The translations under genes were made by a program, and so were the position numbers. From assembly GCF_056746865.1 (NCBI RefSeq), contig NZ_CM163382.1: 64,000 nucleotides of DNA; one strand, given 5' to 3'. Shown here one piece after another: positions 35,547-45,431 of the stretch. Numbering within the stretch: the stretch's first letter is position 1; every line of letters starts with the position of its first letter. The notes beneath the pieces were generated by a model, which made no database searches, was not told the origin of the DNA, and saw only the letters and a program-made list of their open reading frames with translations.

Positions 35547-36091
35547 TATAATCCTCCGGGTAATCTGGTTCCTGCTGCTGCCCCGATTGGCGCAGGAGTG
35601 CTTTGAGTAAACGGACTCCACGTCCCACCAAACATCTGGTACGCACCGTATGCCTTCAGAGGCGCAGTGAGCAATGTTGTTGCTGCTCCCACATTCCCCT
35701 GTTTACGGGCTGAACTGGCTTCTGCTTTATAGTTGGCAGCCTGAACCTGATAACCGTAAGCCTCGCGTTGCGCGTTATTCACCGTCGTCAGCGAATCAAG
35801 AGCGCCAAACTGGGCAGTGTCGCCAAATATATCCAGCGCGTTACCTGTAGATAAATCAGCGCCGGTAGCCCCCATTGTCGCCGCCTGTGTACCAAGCCGC
35901 TGTCGGGTCTCTCTGCGTCGTTGCTCAGCTTCAGCGTTACCTCTGTTTATTGCATCATTTGCCTGAGATGTGGCTATATCTGCGTTCGCTTCTGCAACCT
36001 TCGAGGCATACTTTCCCTGTTGGTACTGGGTGTATGCCTGAATGCCACTCATGGCGAGCATTGCGCCACCAGCAATAACCGGATCGCACAT
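35546..36091 (-). CDS. internal virion protein (T7 gp14-like size and composition)
   Basis: 181 aa, Ala/Gln-rich. Confidence 0.4.
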   Translation of the reverse strand: MCDPVIAGGAMLAMSGIQAYTQYQQGKYASKVAEANADIATSQANDAINRGNAEAEQRRRETRQRLGTQAATMGATGADLSTGNALDIFGDTAQFGALDSLTTVNNAQREAYGYQVQAANYKAEASSARKQGNVGAATTLLTAPLKAYGAYQMFGGTWSPFTQSTPAPIGAAAGTRLPGGL

Positions 36092-36555
36092 TATTTTCTC
36101 TCCATGTGAAATCTGTGGAAATTAAGACCAAGAGCACCATAAGGCGCGGCTTCTTCAAGCCTGAATCCAAGCCAGTGCAGCCATGCTTTGGCAACATGGT
36201 TTCGCTCGTCGACGTAGTTTTCCAGGCGCGGATAAACTGCCAGCATCTGCTGCAATACAGGGCGGCAGTGGCGCAGAAATGTCTTCTGATATTTTTCAAT
36301 ACGGCTGGTTCCTACCAGCCAGGGCGTACCATTGCCACCGATCATTGACGCCGGAGATACACCAAACATGGTTACCAGTTCTCCGTTCGCGAACCCTGAC
36401 CAGGCCATAGTCGCAGTGCGAAGACCAACGCGCAGCGCATCTTCGGTAGTCATCAGCGATACCGCATACAGTTCGTCAATATCAGCCTGACGAACATCCG
36501 GCAAAATCATCTGAAGATGCTCTTCGGTAGCGGGAATAATTTGAACATCGATCAT
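36091..36555 (-). CDS. hypothetical virion-module protein
   Basis: 154 aa; start overlaps the upstream stop. Confidence 0.4.
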   Translation of the reverse strand: MIDVQIIPATEEHLQMILPDVRQADIDELYAVSLMTTEDALRVGLRTATMAWSGFANGELVTMFGVSPASMIGGNGTPWLVGTSRIEKYQKTFLRHCRPVLQQMLAVYPRLENYVDERNHVAKAWLHWLGFRLEEAAPYGALGLNFHRFHMERK

Positions 36556-39026
36556 CAGAATCCCCCAACAGTAAGGCGAGGAATAACGGCAAGAACAGAC
36601 AGCGGCAACGGGTCAAGCTGACGGATTTTTACACGCCCGTTTTTGCCCCAGTTACTGTCCAGTTTCACTTCTACTTTTCCGGTAGCATCATCAACAGGAT
36701 CATCGTAGAACTCGAATTCACGCTGTGGATATTCGTACCATTTACCGCCGGGCGTAGTCGCCCAGATGCCGCGACTGGCATTCACAACCAGAGTAACGGA
36801 CGGGATCACCTGTTTTTTGTCCAGCAGCGTTTCCTGTCCGTTAATGTTGATATCCAGTGTTTCGAATTCAGCAGTTATTGGCAGGCCGATGTGCACAACA
36901 GCCCCCGGTGATTCCAGCGTGACGGCACCTCCGGAAACCACTTTTTGTGGTTCCACGTTCGCATCAGAGAGGATGTTTACGGTCTGGCCTTCAAGATGAG
37001 ACAAGCCGCCAAATGTCCGGCGCGCCATCTGCCAGTTCGTGGTGGCCACATTCCTGAGGGATGGCGGGACGTTCCTGTTAGCACGAACCACTACTGCGGT
37101 ATTGCTGGTTACAGAAATAATGTCGCAACGTAATTCTTTTGACACTTCATAGCCAGTATCAGGACCAGCTCCGGTATAAGGGAACTGTAGTTGCGCACCA
37201 ACATCACTACTGGTGAAGTACGCACCACCAGAAACACTGATTGTATATTCCGCGCGGTAATCCCATTCGCCAGAACCACCAGTGATGGTCATCGTTCTGT
37301 CAGACGTGTTTCTTCCATCATAGCTAAGGCCAGAATCAACAAAGAAAGCATCTTCATCGCTGGTAAATAAACGGCTGGACAGTCGCTCGATGTATCTCAC
37401 TGTTTGCCCGTTAACGGTTCGGTTAACGACGAAATACACCGCATCTTCATTTCCTTCGCTGATACTGCATGTGCTTTCATATTTTCCGGTACTGGACTGT
37501 GGTGCCCATGCAAAAACCTGCTGATCACGCAAATAGGTCATCACCAGTAATTTACCGTCATCACGAATGCAGAAGGCGCTGGAGTAAGGGACAATAGAGA
37601 AGCACCAGTCAACAATGCTGTGCTTCTGAAAAAGATGATTGGCAAGGATGGTCAGGTCGTTCCCCTGATAGCCGTCAACATCGAATGAGTAGGCCAGATC
37701 ACGGACAACACTGCCTTTCTCCTGGACGAACAGAGCAATATTCGCCACGGCAATTGGTGGGACGTTGCTTGAGCCATTTGATCCCTGAGAGCTGAATGCA
37801 AATGATGATGGGGTTAACACTTTATTCTGGTCGCCGGTGATGACGTACTCACCTCCGGAAGTCAGTGCCACCAGCGAACCGACATCAATCAGGTGGCGGA
37901 TCTCATTAACCTGACGCCCGGCATAGGTGTAGATAATTCTGTCGTCATCCTGCGTAGGATTGCTTTTGCCAAAATCCTTATAATCCCCGGTACGGCTGGC
38001 CCAGATAGTCTGAGGGAACGCTGTCGATGCGGCGAAGTAAAGACGTTGTTGATAATAAACAACCGTGCCAGGATAACCGTTAACACTGTTCCAGGCATAT
38101 TTAGCCCATTTATAGCTGGCATTATCCTCGCCAACGACCTGCGAAGGGATATAGGAAATCACCTCAGCAGTTGCAGTAGTTCCATTTGCAGCAGTGATAC
38201 GGGCAATGCCAAAACCACTGTGCAGATATTCCCACTCAATGCCAGTATCATCATCACCGGATCCGCCCCAGCCATCCCATGATGTGCCTTCTGTATGCGA
38301 AGGGCGCAAAGTGCCTGTTTTGCCTGCTGTAACGGCGCGATAGTAGTTACTGTCTGCACGGCGAATATCGCCAATCGACGTACTCTTACTGGTTTCCCAT
38401 ACCGGCACTGAATCCACTGCAGGCTGTTCCAGATAGAACAATTTGCCTACCTGCTCCGCGCCAAAAATAGAGGCGCTTGCCGTTAACGTAATTGTCCCGG
38501 TGCTGGCGCTGGCATAAACCGTCACTGACTCGTCAATATTGATATCTTCAAATGGCCCGTTCTTCGTTACCACATCAACCAGTTGCCAGTTGTCATGCGC
38601 ATAGCGGCGCAACTCTTTCGGTGGGTATGCCGGGTGAACCAGCGTAAGCACGTCGGCGCTTTGCGTGAATTTAATTCGGAACAAATCGGCTTCAGTATAT
38701 GGCGTGGCAATTTCATAAATAACATTGCTGCTGTTCAGCACCAACGCACCATCTTTGATAACGCGCATGTACTGGTGTCCGAACTCCAGAGCATAGGTCT
38801 GAACCGTCGAGAACTGGAACGGGATAAGACGGCATTTCCGATTTGGGTATTTGGCGGCACCAACAAAACGCGTACCAGGTCGATTCTCAACGCCGCCATA
38901 CTGCCGCACGATAAAGTTATCGCACTTGCGCAATGCCACCTGGTACTTCGCCATGTCGATACGTCCGTACAACGACGGTCCAATCTCACCACCAGCAAAG
39001 CTGGGCTGGATCCAACTGATAGCCAT
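36555..39026 (-). CDS. tail tubular protein B-like (nozzle) protein
   Basis: 823 aa directly downstream of a 201-aa tubular/adaptor-like gene, matching the gp11/gp12 arrangement of T7-like tails. Confidence 0.5.
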   Translation of the reverse strand: MAISWIQPSFAGGEIGPSLYGRIDMAKYQVALRKCDNFIVRQYGGVENRPGTRFVGAAKYPNRKCRLIPFQFSTVQTYALEFGHQYMRVIKDGALVLNSSNVIYEIATPYTEADLFRIKFTQSADVLTLVHPAYPPKELRRYAHDNWQLVDVVTKNGPFEDINIDESVTVYASASTGTITLTASASIFGAEQVGKLFYLEQPAVDSVPVWETSKSTSIGDIRRADSNYYRAVTAGKTGTLRPSHTEGTSWDGWGGSGDDDTGIEWEYLHSGFGIARITAANGTTATAEVISYIPSQVVGEDNASYKWAKYAWNSVNGYPGTVVYYQQRLYFAASTAFPQTIWASRTGDYKDFGKSNPTQDDDRIIYTYAGRQVNEIRHLIDVGSLVALTSGGEYVITGDQNKVLTPSSFAFSSQGSNGSSNVPPIAVANIALFVQEKGSVVRDLAYSFDVDGYQGNDLTILANHLFQKHSIVDWCFSIVPYSSAFCIRDDGKLLVMTYLRDQQVFAWAPQSSTGKYESTCSISEGNEDAVYFVVNRTVNGQTVRYIERLSSRLFTSDEDAFFVDSGLSYDGRNTSDRTMTITGGSGEWDYRAEYTISVSGGAYFTSSDVGAQLQFPYTGAGPDTGYEVSKELRCDIISVTSNTAVVVRANRNVPPSLRNVATTNWQMARRTFGGLSHLEGQTVNILSDANVEPQKVVSGGAVTLESPGAVVHIGLPITAEFETLDININGQETLLDKKQVIPSVTLVVNASRGIWATTPGGKWYEYPQREFEFYDDPVDDATGKVEVKLDSNWGKNGRVKIRQLDPLPLSVLAVIPRLTVGGF

Positions 39027-39631
39027 CAGGACAACCTCGCAATGGTAAACTCGTCAACCGGTGGCTGTGGTTCCTGTGATTCATTCTGGCTATGCGAGCC
39101 AGCACTAAGAATCACGCGATTGTACATATTGAGAGCAAATGTACCGAGATCCGCATTCCCAGTCAGCGCCATGTTAATGGCTGCCGCAAGACGCCAGGCC
39201 AGCGCCTCCATAAAAATGGCATCAAACATGTTTACATCTGAAACGCGAGAGACATACTTGAGCCATGCCTGCGGCTGGTCTGTGTAGATCAATTTTCCTG
39301 TTCCGTTGGTGTCTGCACCAACTTCGTACTGAACGCGCATTGCTGCTGTTGGATTGCGTACACCAGGAAGCATAATTTCAGTAATGCGCAGACAATCGGA
39401 CGGGTACTGGTACGCATATTCCCAGTCAGGCGGTGGATTGTTCGTATCTGCAAGCGCCACGCGTTTGGTAGCAAAGTTCCAGTCAAAATCAGAAAGCACA
39501 GCATCACGGCAGGCATCAAAGTGCAGCGAACATTCCCCCGCTTCCTTGCTGGCTTCCGTCAGGCTGTTAATGCTGCGGCTATTGCCAATATTGGACAGCG
39601 CACGATTGCAGATCTCTACTACAGAGGCCAT
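39026..39631 (-). CDS. tail tubular protein A-like / head-tail adaptor
   Basis: 201 aa; position between the capsid module and the large tubular protein. Confidence 0.45.
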   Translation of the reverse strand: MASVVEICNRALSNIGNSRSINSLTEASKEAGECSLHFDACRDAVLSDFDWNFATKRVALADTNNPPPDWEYAYQYPSDCLRITEIMLPGVRNPTAAMRVQYEVGADTNGTGKLIYTDQPQAWLKYVSRVSDVNMFDAIFMEALAWRLAAAINMALTGNADLGTFALNMYNRVILSAGSHSQNESQEPQPPVDEFTIARLS

Positions 39632-39960
39632 TACTCACCCCCATTGCCGTACAGAGTTTCAGCCGCTGATTTTTCTACATCCCCGGAAACAGGAGCGATC
39701 GCCATATCAGTGATCTGCAGATCGGCGCTGCGATTAACACCATCGTCAGTTTCTCTGGCAGACAGGCCTCGAATAACAGCCTTTGCAGTTATCATCACTT
39801 CTGTTCCGACGCCCTGAGGTTGCGCCTTCAGCTTATTCAATGTGTCGTTATTCAGCGTGATGCACAGCCCCCACGGGTATTCATCGCGAGTTCTGGTTTC
39901 TCCGCTCTCATCCTGGTAGCTGTCAGTGCCGGTTTTGAGGTTTACGAGTTCCATATACAC
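39631..39960 (-). CDS. hypothetical structural protein
   Basis: 109 aa. Confidence 0.4.
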   Translation of the reverse strand: MYMELVNLKTGTDSYQDESGETRTRDEYPWGLCITLNNDTLNKLKAQPQGVGTEVMITAKAVIRGLSARETDDGVNRSADLQITDMAIAPVSGDVEKSAAETLYGNGGE

Positions 39961-40004
39961 TCCTGCAATAAAGGGGCCGAAGCCCCTTGTCTGATCCGCG
40001 AGGC

Positions 40005-40349
40005 TTACACGCCCAGTTCTTTACGCTTATCTGCGATCTTCTCGCGGAGCGTTTCGGCTTTGGCGTTATGGTGTGGCTTCTCGTTAAAGAGCAATTCGTA
40101 CTCTTCACGGAGCTTATCCAGTTCACCATCATCTGACACATCGTTGATGATTTTGGTGCTGGTTGCTGCCATTGACACCTTTCCTGCAACTTTTGCTTTT
40201 GCCTGTCTGGCTGCATCGTTAACAGGTTCCAGTGCGCTACCAGGCTCACCTTCGTATTCGATTTCTGCCCCCTCCTGCCACAGAGTGTTATGGATATGAG
40301 AGAGGCGCAGAACGCGGTATCTTGGTTTCTCACCTGACATCGATATCAC
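40005..40349 (-). CDS. hypothetical protein in the head module
   Basis: 114 aa, charged. Confidence 0.4.
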   Translation of the reverse strand: MISMSGEKPRYRVLRLSHIHNTLWQEGAEIEYEGEPGSALEPVNDAARQAKAKVAGKVSMAATSTKIINDVSDDGELDKLREEYELLFNEKPHHNAKAETLREKIADKRKELGV

Positions 40350-40350
40350 C

Positions 40351-40788
40351 TTAACCAGTTACTTTTGAGCGGATCGGATACGGCGTATTGGCATCAACAT
40401 CAAGACTGATACCAGCAGTGAATTCGCCAGCCGTTAGTGGGCCAGTTGCGACGGAGTAGTTAACACGCAGATATCGCTGAACACCGGCAGGCACCTTTGC
40501 AGAAACGACTCGTTTACCTGCTGTCAGGGTGGTCTTTGCCAGTGCACCACTATCATAAATAGTGGTCCATGAGCTGTTATCCTCACTCGTCTGCAACTGG
40601 ATGTTTACAGTTGCATCACCGCTTGCTGCGGCGGCTGTGTTAACCAGCGCCCAAAACTCAAGCGGGTAACCCACGCCGATATCACGACGTTTTCCGTCAA
40701 TTGGACCGAGATCGATTACGTCAGTAGAAGCCGCGGTATCAGTTACCGCCTGTGCTTCGGAGAACATCAACAGTTTGTCGGTGATCAT
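40351..40788 (-). CDS. capsid decoration / cement protein candidate
   Basis: 145 aa immediately downstream of the major capsid gene. Confidence 0.4.
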   Translation of the reverse strand: MITDKLLMFSEAQAVTDTAASTDVIDLGPIDGKRRDIGVGYPLEFWALVNTAAAASGDATVNIQLQTSEDNSSWTTIYDSGALAKTTLTAGKRVVSAKVPAGVQRYLRVNYSVATGPLTAGEFTAGISLDVDANTPYPIRSKVTG

Positions 40789-40839
40789 CTTCTTTCTCCA
40801 TTAGTGGGTCTGTTACGACCCACAGGTTAATAACAGGCG

Positions 40840-41832
40840 TTACACCACGCTGGCTTCTGTTTCCAGAAGCGCATCAGTTTCACGGATTGGTACACCACGG
40901 AATGACGTCCACCACTCGCCTTCAGTCTCTTTTACGCTGATCGCCAGAGATGTTTTCTCCAGAGACTGCAAATCAAGAGCCTGGCCTACAGTGCGGTTCA
41001 TGTAGAACACCGGGCGCCCCATGCCACGGTTCGGAATGCGATGCAGTGCTTTAACCATCAACTTCGCAATATTTGCGGCAGAGGAAGGTTCTGAAAGATT
41101 GCTGACATCGATGTTTGCAATGCGAACAACATAACGCCAGTCACGCAGAGCAAGTCCGTTATCCCATTTGTAATGGGTGCGATAGCCTTCGTACTTGCCG
41201 CCATTAGCATCTTCCAGTGTCACCTGGCCTTTATCTTCCATCTGGATGCCAGCCTTCTGCCCTTTCGGGAAGATGCCATGCACGGTGTTTTCGCCCCACA
41301 CCACTAACCAGATTGAGGTGTTATCTGTACCCGTGCCACCAGCATCAATGATGTTCTGAGCATTACCCGCAGACAGGCTGGAATAGCGGGAGGACAGTCC
41401 CATAAACTGCTGAGGGTTAACGCTGGAATCACCATAAAACAGCGTCTGCGCCATCTGCTGATTCATCGCTTCAATAAATGCGCGGTCTTCAGACAGGCGG
41501 AATTCGGCGGTATTGCCGTTCAGATCAGCCAGTGACTTATCGACTTCAGCATAGGTTTCCAGCATGCCAACGGAATCGGTGACCTGCACCGTGGTTGATT
41601 TGCTTGGCTGTACGCCATAGTTCAGCAAACGCCAGGTAGCTGAAGGTAAACCAGAACGAATGGTGGTTCGGTGTCCGGTAGGAAGGTTCCCTTCGACAAA
41701 AGGCATATCCTGAAGGATCGGGTTAGTTTGACCGAGAAGCTCGATAATCTTATCGACTTTCCCGTTTGGATCGACGCGCTTACCCCAGTCAGCCAGCGTT
41801 AGCGCAGTTAAGCCTTTAACAGCCATTGTCAT
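40840..41832 (-). CDS. major capsid protein
   Basis: 330 aa following the scaffold-like gene. Confidence 0.65.
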   Translation of the reverse strand: MTMAVKGLTALTLADWGKRVDPNGKVDKIIELLGQTNPILQDMPFVEGNLPTGHRTTIRSGLPSATWRLLNYGVQPSKSTTVQVTDSVGMLETYAEVDKSLADLNGNTAEFRLSEDRAFIEAMNQQMAQTLFYGDSSVNPQQFMGLSSRYSSLSAGNAQNIIDAGGTGTDNTSIWLVVWGENTVHGIFPKGQKAGIQMEDKGQVTLEDANGGKYEGYRTHYKWDNGLALRDWRYVVRIANIDVSNLSEPSSAANIAKLMVKALHRIPNRGMGRPVFYMNRTVGQALDLQSLEKTSLAISVKETEGEWWTSFRGVPIRETDALLETEASVV

Positions 41833-41840
41833 TTCCTCTC

Positions 41841-42542
41841 TTATTTGCCATAGAGCACTTCGGCCGCACTACGCTGGCCTTCATTACCACCGGTGACCAT
41901 GCCATCTTCAGACATCGCCTTTCCGATTTTCACGAACGTTTTAACCAGATCAGGGTGATTACCCAGCCCGGTGGTGTTCAGATATTCTTTGAGTTCAGGT
42001 GTCCCGAACTGGTCAAGCGCACGCTGTGCGGCGCTAAGGTTAGAAATCAACTTGTCGCCACCGATTTCTTTGTCAGCTTTTACATCCGCAGCCCACTGCT
42101 CGGTTGTTTTCTGCCAGGCTTCTGCCTGGCGCTGCTGAACACCTGCCAGAATCTTCGGATAAGCATCAACCAGCTTTTGCGCTTGCTCGTTGGTCAGGTT
42201 AAGTTCTCGCGCCACCGGCTCGAATTCCTTCAACGCTTCTGTATCCAGCTCTACGCCTTCGGCAGCCTGAAACTCGTACTTTTCAGGCGCACCCTCAGGT
42301 TTATCGCCGTCCTTTTTTTCATCCTGCTTATCGTTTTCAGGCTTTTTGTCATCAGCAGGTTTATCGCCATCAGCAACAGGTTGTGGCTTATCACCTTCCT
42401 GTTGTGATGGATCACCAACTGGAGCAGGGGTATCACCTGCAGGCGCTGACGGTTCTGACGCAGCCGGAGCTGCTCCACCATCGACTGGTTGCTCATTGCA
42501 AAGACGGCGATACAGCAAACGCTCAAATAAATTCATGATCAC
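41841..42542 (-). CDS. scaffolding protein
   Basis: 233 aa; acidic, Pro/Asp/Lys-rich low-complexity N-terminus and helical C-terminus, between portal and capsid genes. Confidence 0.55.
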   Translation of the reverse strand: MIMNLFERLLYRRLCNEQPVDGGAAPAASEPSAPAGDTPAPVGDPSQQEGDKPQPVADGDKPADDKKPENDKQDEKKDGDKPEGAPEKYEFQAAEGVELDTEALKEFEPVARELNLTNEQAQKLVDAYPKILAGVQQRQAEAWQKTTEQWAADVKADKEIGGDKLISNLSAAQRALDQFGTPELKEYLNTTGLGNHPDLVKTFVKIGKAMSEDGMVTGGNEGQRSAAEVLYGK

Positions 42543-42835
42543 TCCTGTTCACTGGCCTCTTTGGCCATCTTCAAATACTGTTCAGGGCAATGCGCCATAA
42601 CGCGCTGAAACAGTTCCAGCGCCAGATTGCGTTGCCCCTCATTAAATGCCATTGCCATAGCGTCCATCGGCGAGATAGCGGAAAACACACGACCTTTCTC
42701 CAGCACCGACCAGACAACGCGACGCCCCTGTTCACTGCTCATGACAAAGCGAATGTCATCAATTTCACGCTGTGCCATGTCACGTTGCTTACGGGCGTTT
42801 TCTTCTTTCAGTTGATCATCTTCGTAATCTGTCAT
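42539..42835 (-). CDS. hypothetical head-module protein
   Basis: 98 aa overlapping both neighbours. Confidence 0.4.
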   Translation of the reverse strand: MTDYEDDQLKEENARKQRDMAQREIDDIRFVMSSEQGRRVVWSVLEKGRVFSAISPMDAMAMAFNEGQRNLALELFQRVMAHCPEQYLKMAKEASEQE

Positions 42836-44511
42836 TGTGATTGCCCACCCTGACCACTAACTGCATTCGCCATAGCTGACAAAACACTCGGATCAGAAGT
42901 TTTAGCTTCGCTTAGCGTCTTGGCACCCTGTGCCGCCGCCATCCCCATCGCCATCATTTGTTGCTGCTGTTGCTGCTGTGCCCGTTGCTGGCGAGTCTGC
43001 TCAACCTGTTCCTGCGGAACAATGACGGTTGGAGACACTCCGGACATATCAGCGAATGCATCGATCGCCTGATCAACGTTGAGTTTGTCGAGAGCTTCTG
43101 GTTTCGCTTGCGCAAGTTGACCAATGAAGTTGACCGTGGATGCCAGACTGGACAGGCCGATAGACTTCTGCGCCTGAGCCATGACGGAAATGTATTCGAC
43201 CTTCAGGGGCATACCTTCCATCGCGTCAGGCGGTGGCGGCAGCATGTTTTTACGCACCATCATCGAGAAAGCGCGGTCAATGAGAGGATTAAGACATTCG
43301 TCGTTCAGACGCTCCAGAACCGGCCCCAACATCAGAAGTTTTTCTTCTTTCATTTCGATCACCGCTTCAACAGGCATCGAGCGGGTATTGATGTTCTGCA
43401 ACATCATGAACAGATCGACAAAGTAGGCGCTGTTAATGATTTGCCGAGTGTCCTGAATGTCTGCTACCAGATCTGCTGTACTGGGGTTAACCAGATAAGC
43501 AGGCCTGAAACCATCCTGACCAGTAATCTGATCGATATACGTGATGTCGCCAGGAAGAAGGGAGGCGCGCTGATTCTTGAGGGAAGTCGGAGCAACCATC
43601 GGCGGATTGGTGGCTTTATCAATCAACTGCGACTTGCGCTTCTGGAGAAGCTGCAATGCCTTAACAGGTCCAAGCGCCAGCATACCCGGGCATGATGATC
43701 CATAAACATCTTCGCCGTTAACTTCCCAGCGCGGAGCCATAATTGGAAACTCATCGAATCCGGACTCACGCAACAACTTGTCGTTATCGCCACCAACCTC
43801 GTAATAAACCGATTTGAATGGCTTGTTCTTGCTATCCAGCTTCGATGTATCGCGGTCAATGTTCGGGTAAACCGAATGCATCACTTCAATCCACTTCTCG
43901 TAGGTTCCGCTTTCCCACATGCTTTTTACGGATTCGCTGACGTTATTTAGCCCGAACTCCTGAACAAGCTGACGAACAGTCATAGAGAACTTGCGAAAAC
44001 AGGTGTCCACACTGCCACGAGGTGAGTTAGCCAGGTAGTAACTGCCTATCGGGAATGGCATTGTGCGAATGATGTCCTCGTCATCCTCCAGCACTGCCAT
44101 TGCACCAGTGCTGTATGTGCCGAGGCTTCCGTATAACTGCGGCAGCGACTGATAGAGATTCGACTTATTGAACATATCGTTCATGCGGTTCTGCACCGCC
44201 TCAAGCCACAACTTAACAGGGCCATAATCCATCATTTCAGGATCTGGCGTAGCCAGGCGAAACCACGGACGCGCGGGGCTTGTGATGCCTGACATCATGC
44301 CGCTGGCGAGAGTGCGCGCCGCCATAGTCCCGGTCGAATCAATAATGCGTGTATTGCGTCGATCGTTACGGTTAACCTCAGAAGTCAGAAAGCGGGAACC
44401 ACGCGGGTTGATGTAATCACTCAACTCGCGCCAGTGCGGCTCGAACGACTGACGCTCGCTTTCAAGTTGTGCGAACTGTTTGTTCAATCGCTCTTTAGTT
44501 GTTTCCGCCAT
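42832..44511 (-). CDS. portal (head-to-tail connector) protein, T7 gp8-like
   Basis: 559 aa; Gln/Ala/Met-rich C-terminal tail (QQRAQQQQQQQMMAMGMAAAQG) reminiscent of T7-type portals. Confidence 0.65.
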   Translation of the reverse strand: MAETTKERLNKQFAQLESERQSFEPHWRELSDYINPRGSRFLTSEVNRNDRRNTRIIDSTGTMAARTLASGMMSGITSPARPWFRLATPDPEMMDYGPVKLWLEAVQNRMNDMFNKSNLYQSLPQLYGSLGTYSTGAMAVLEDDEDIIRTMPFPIGSYYLANSPRGSVDTCFRKFSMTVRQLVQEFGLNNVSESVKSMWESGTYEKWIEVMHSVYPNIDRDTSKLDSKNKPFKSVYYEVGGDNDKLLRESGFDEFPIMAPRWEVNGEDVYGSSCPGMLALGPVKALQLLQKRKSQLIDKATNPPMVAPTSLKNQRASLLPGDITYIDQITGQDGFRPAYLVNPSTADLVADIQDTRQIINSAYFVDLFMMLQNINTRSMPVEAVIEMKEEKLLMLGPVLERLNDECLNPLIDRAFSMMVRKNMLPPPPDAMEGMPLKVEYISVMAQAQKSIGLSSLASTVNFIGQLAQAKPEALDKLNVDQAIDAFADMSGVSPTVIVPQEQVEQTRQQRAQQQQQQQMMAMGMAAAQGAKTLSEAKTSDPSVLSAMANAVSGQGGQSQ

Positions 44512-44525
44512 TTCAATGACTCCGG

Positions 44526-44732
44526 TTACTGACCAAGCAGCGTTTTACCGCTGGTATTAGCGGTTGATGTGTCGCCCTGAGAACCGGTAAGCAGCGTAGA
44601 ACTACGACCAGCAGCAGCGCGACGGCGACGAGTTTCTTCGTCGCGGGCATCAACAACGGCGGCATCCTGCTCCTGTGGTGCTGCCTGAACTTCTGGTGTT
44701 GCAGGCACTGATGGTGAGCTACCCATGCACAT
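44526..44732 (-). CDS. small hydrophilic protein upstream of the portal gene (frame choice uncertain)
   Basis: 68 aa; an alternative overlapping frame (44513-44752) also exists. Confidence 0.25.
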   Translation of the reverse strand: MCMGSSPSVPATPEVQAAPQEQDAAVVDARDEETRRRRAAAGRSSTLLTGSQGDTSTANTSGKTLLGQ

Positions 44733-44821
44733 ATCAATGACTCCGTACGCAATTAAATTATTACCAATTTAACCACATATGATTTATTTATCGTAGGTAG
44801 TTGACATTTAACGCACAAATT

Positions 44822-44836
44822 ATTACCTTTCAGGTA
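44822..44836. promoter_or_regulatory. operator-like inverted repeat TTACC-TTTCA-GGTAA upstream of the portal/head gene block
   Basis: Identical to the site at 27880; preceded by the shared TTACC-N5-AACCACATATG module. Confidence 0.5.
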
Positions 44837-45159
44837 ACCAAAGAGTTCATTCCGGTTACTAACCTGACTGGCTTGTCGTTAAATTGAACAGGTGGAGTGA
44901 GCTTTTATTTTGAGCAGTACGGCGTATGGCACATGCGCCGATAGCGGTCTGGATACGTTTAAGGGGCACCCTCCCTTGCTCGGGCAAACGAACCAGGTAG
45001 CCGGAATGTGCAAGTCGAGCGGTTTTATTCCGCGCACGGGGATTCACCATCCCGGCGATTCGGTGTGACGCCTCGGAAGAGACGAGGGTACAACGATGAG
45101 AGCATTTATGGAGCCGCGACAAAGTGTGGCGCCTTAACAGGCTAAGTGCTCTCAGCGTT

Positions 45160-45236
45160 GTGGCATTAGCTCAGCTGGACAGAGCAACCGCCTTCTAAGC
45201 GGTTGGTCGCAGGTTCGAATCCTGCATGCCACGCCA
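45160..45236 (+). tRNA. tRNA-Arg, anticodon UCU (reads AGA), prophage-encoded
   Basis: Manual cloverleaf: acceptor GTGGCAT/ATGCCAC, D-stem GCTC/GAGC, anticodon stem ACCGC/GCGGT with loop CTTCTAA, T-arm GCAGG-TTCGAAT-CCTGC, discriminator G and CCA end. Confidence 0.85.
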
Positions 45237-45279
45237 GAATCACGCCTAAGGACCGTGATGCCAGAAGTTCCATGGGCTT

Positions 45280-45321
45280 GGCGGTGATGGTTTCCCTTGA
45301 AGGACTATCACCGCCCTTTTT
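45280..45321 (+). terminator. rho-independent terminator downstream of the tRNA
   Basis: GGCGGTGAT...ATCACCGCC stem followed by CTTTTT. Confidence 0.55.
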
Positions 45322-45399
45322 ACAGCAGGACGCCATTGCGATGGCTTCATGCTGTAAACCAGTACAGCCACGGAAGGCATAACTCATTGCTTCCAGTTC

Positions 45400-45423
45400 G
45401 CCCGGTTCGCCGGGCATTTTTTT
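45400..45423 (+). terminator. rho-independent terminator
   Basis: GCCCGG-ttc-GCCGGGC followed by ATTTTTTT. Confidence 0.6.
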
Positions 45424-45431
45424 AAGGTGAG

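Noticed and set aside
44859-45122. Minus-strand 87-aa ORF across the GC-rich region upstream of the tRNA
   Set aside because: Arg/Ser/His-rich low-complexity translation with no ribosome-binding site; the region is more plausibly non-coding RNA or leader sequence.
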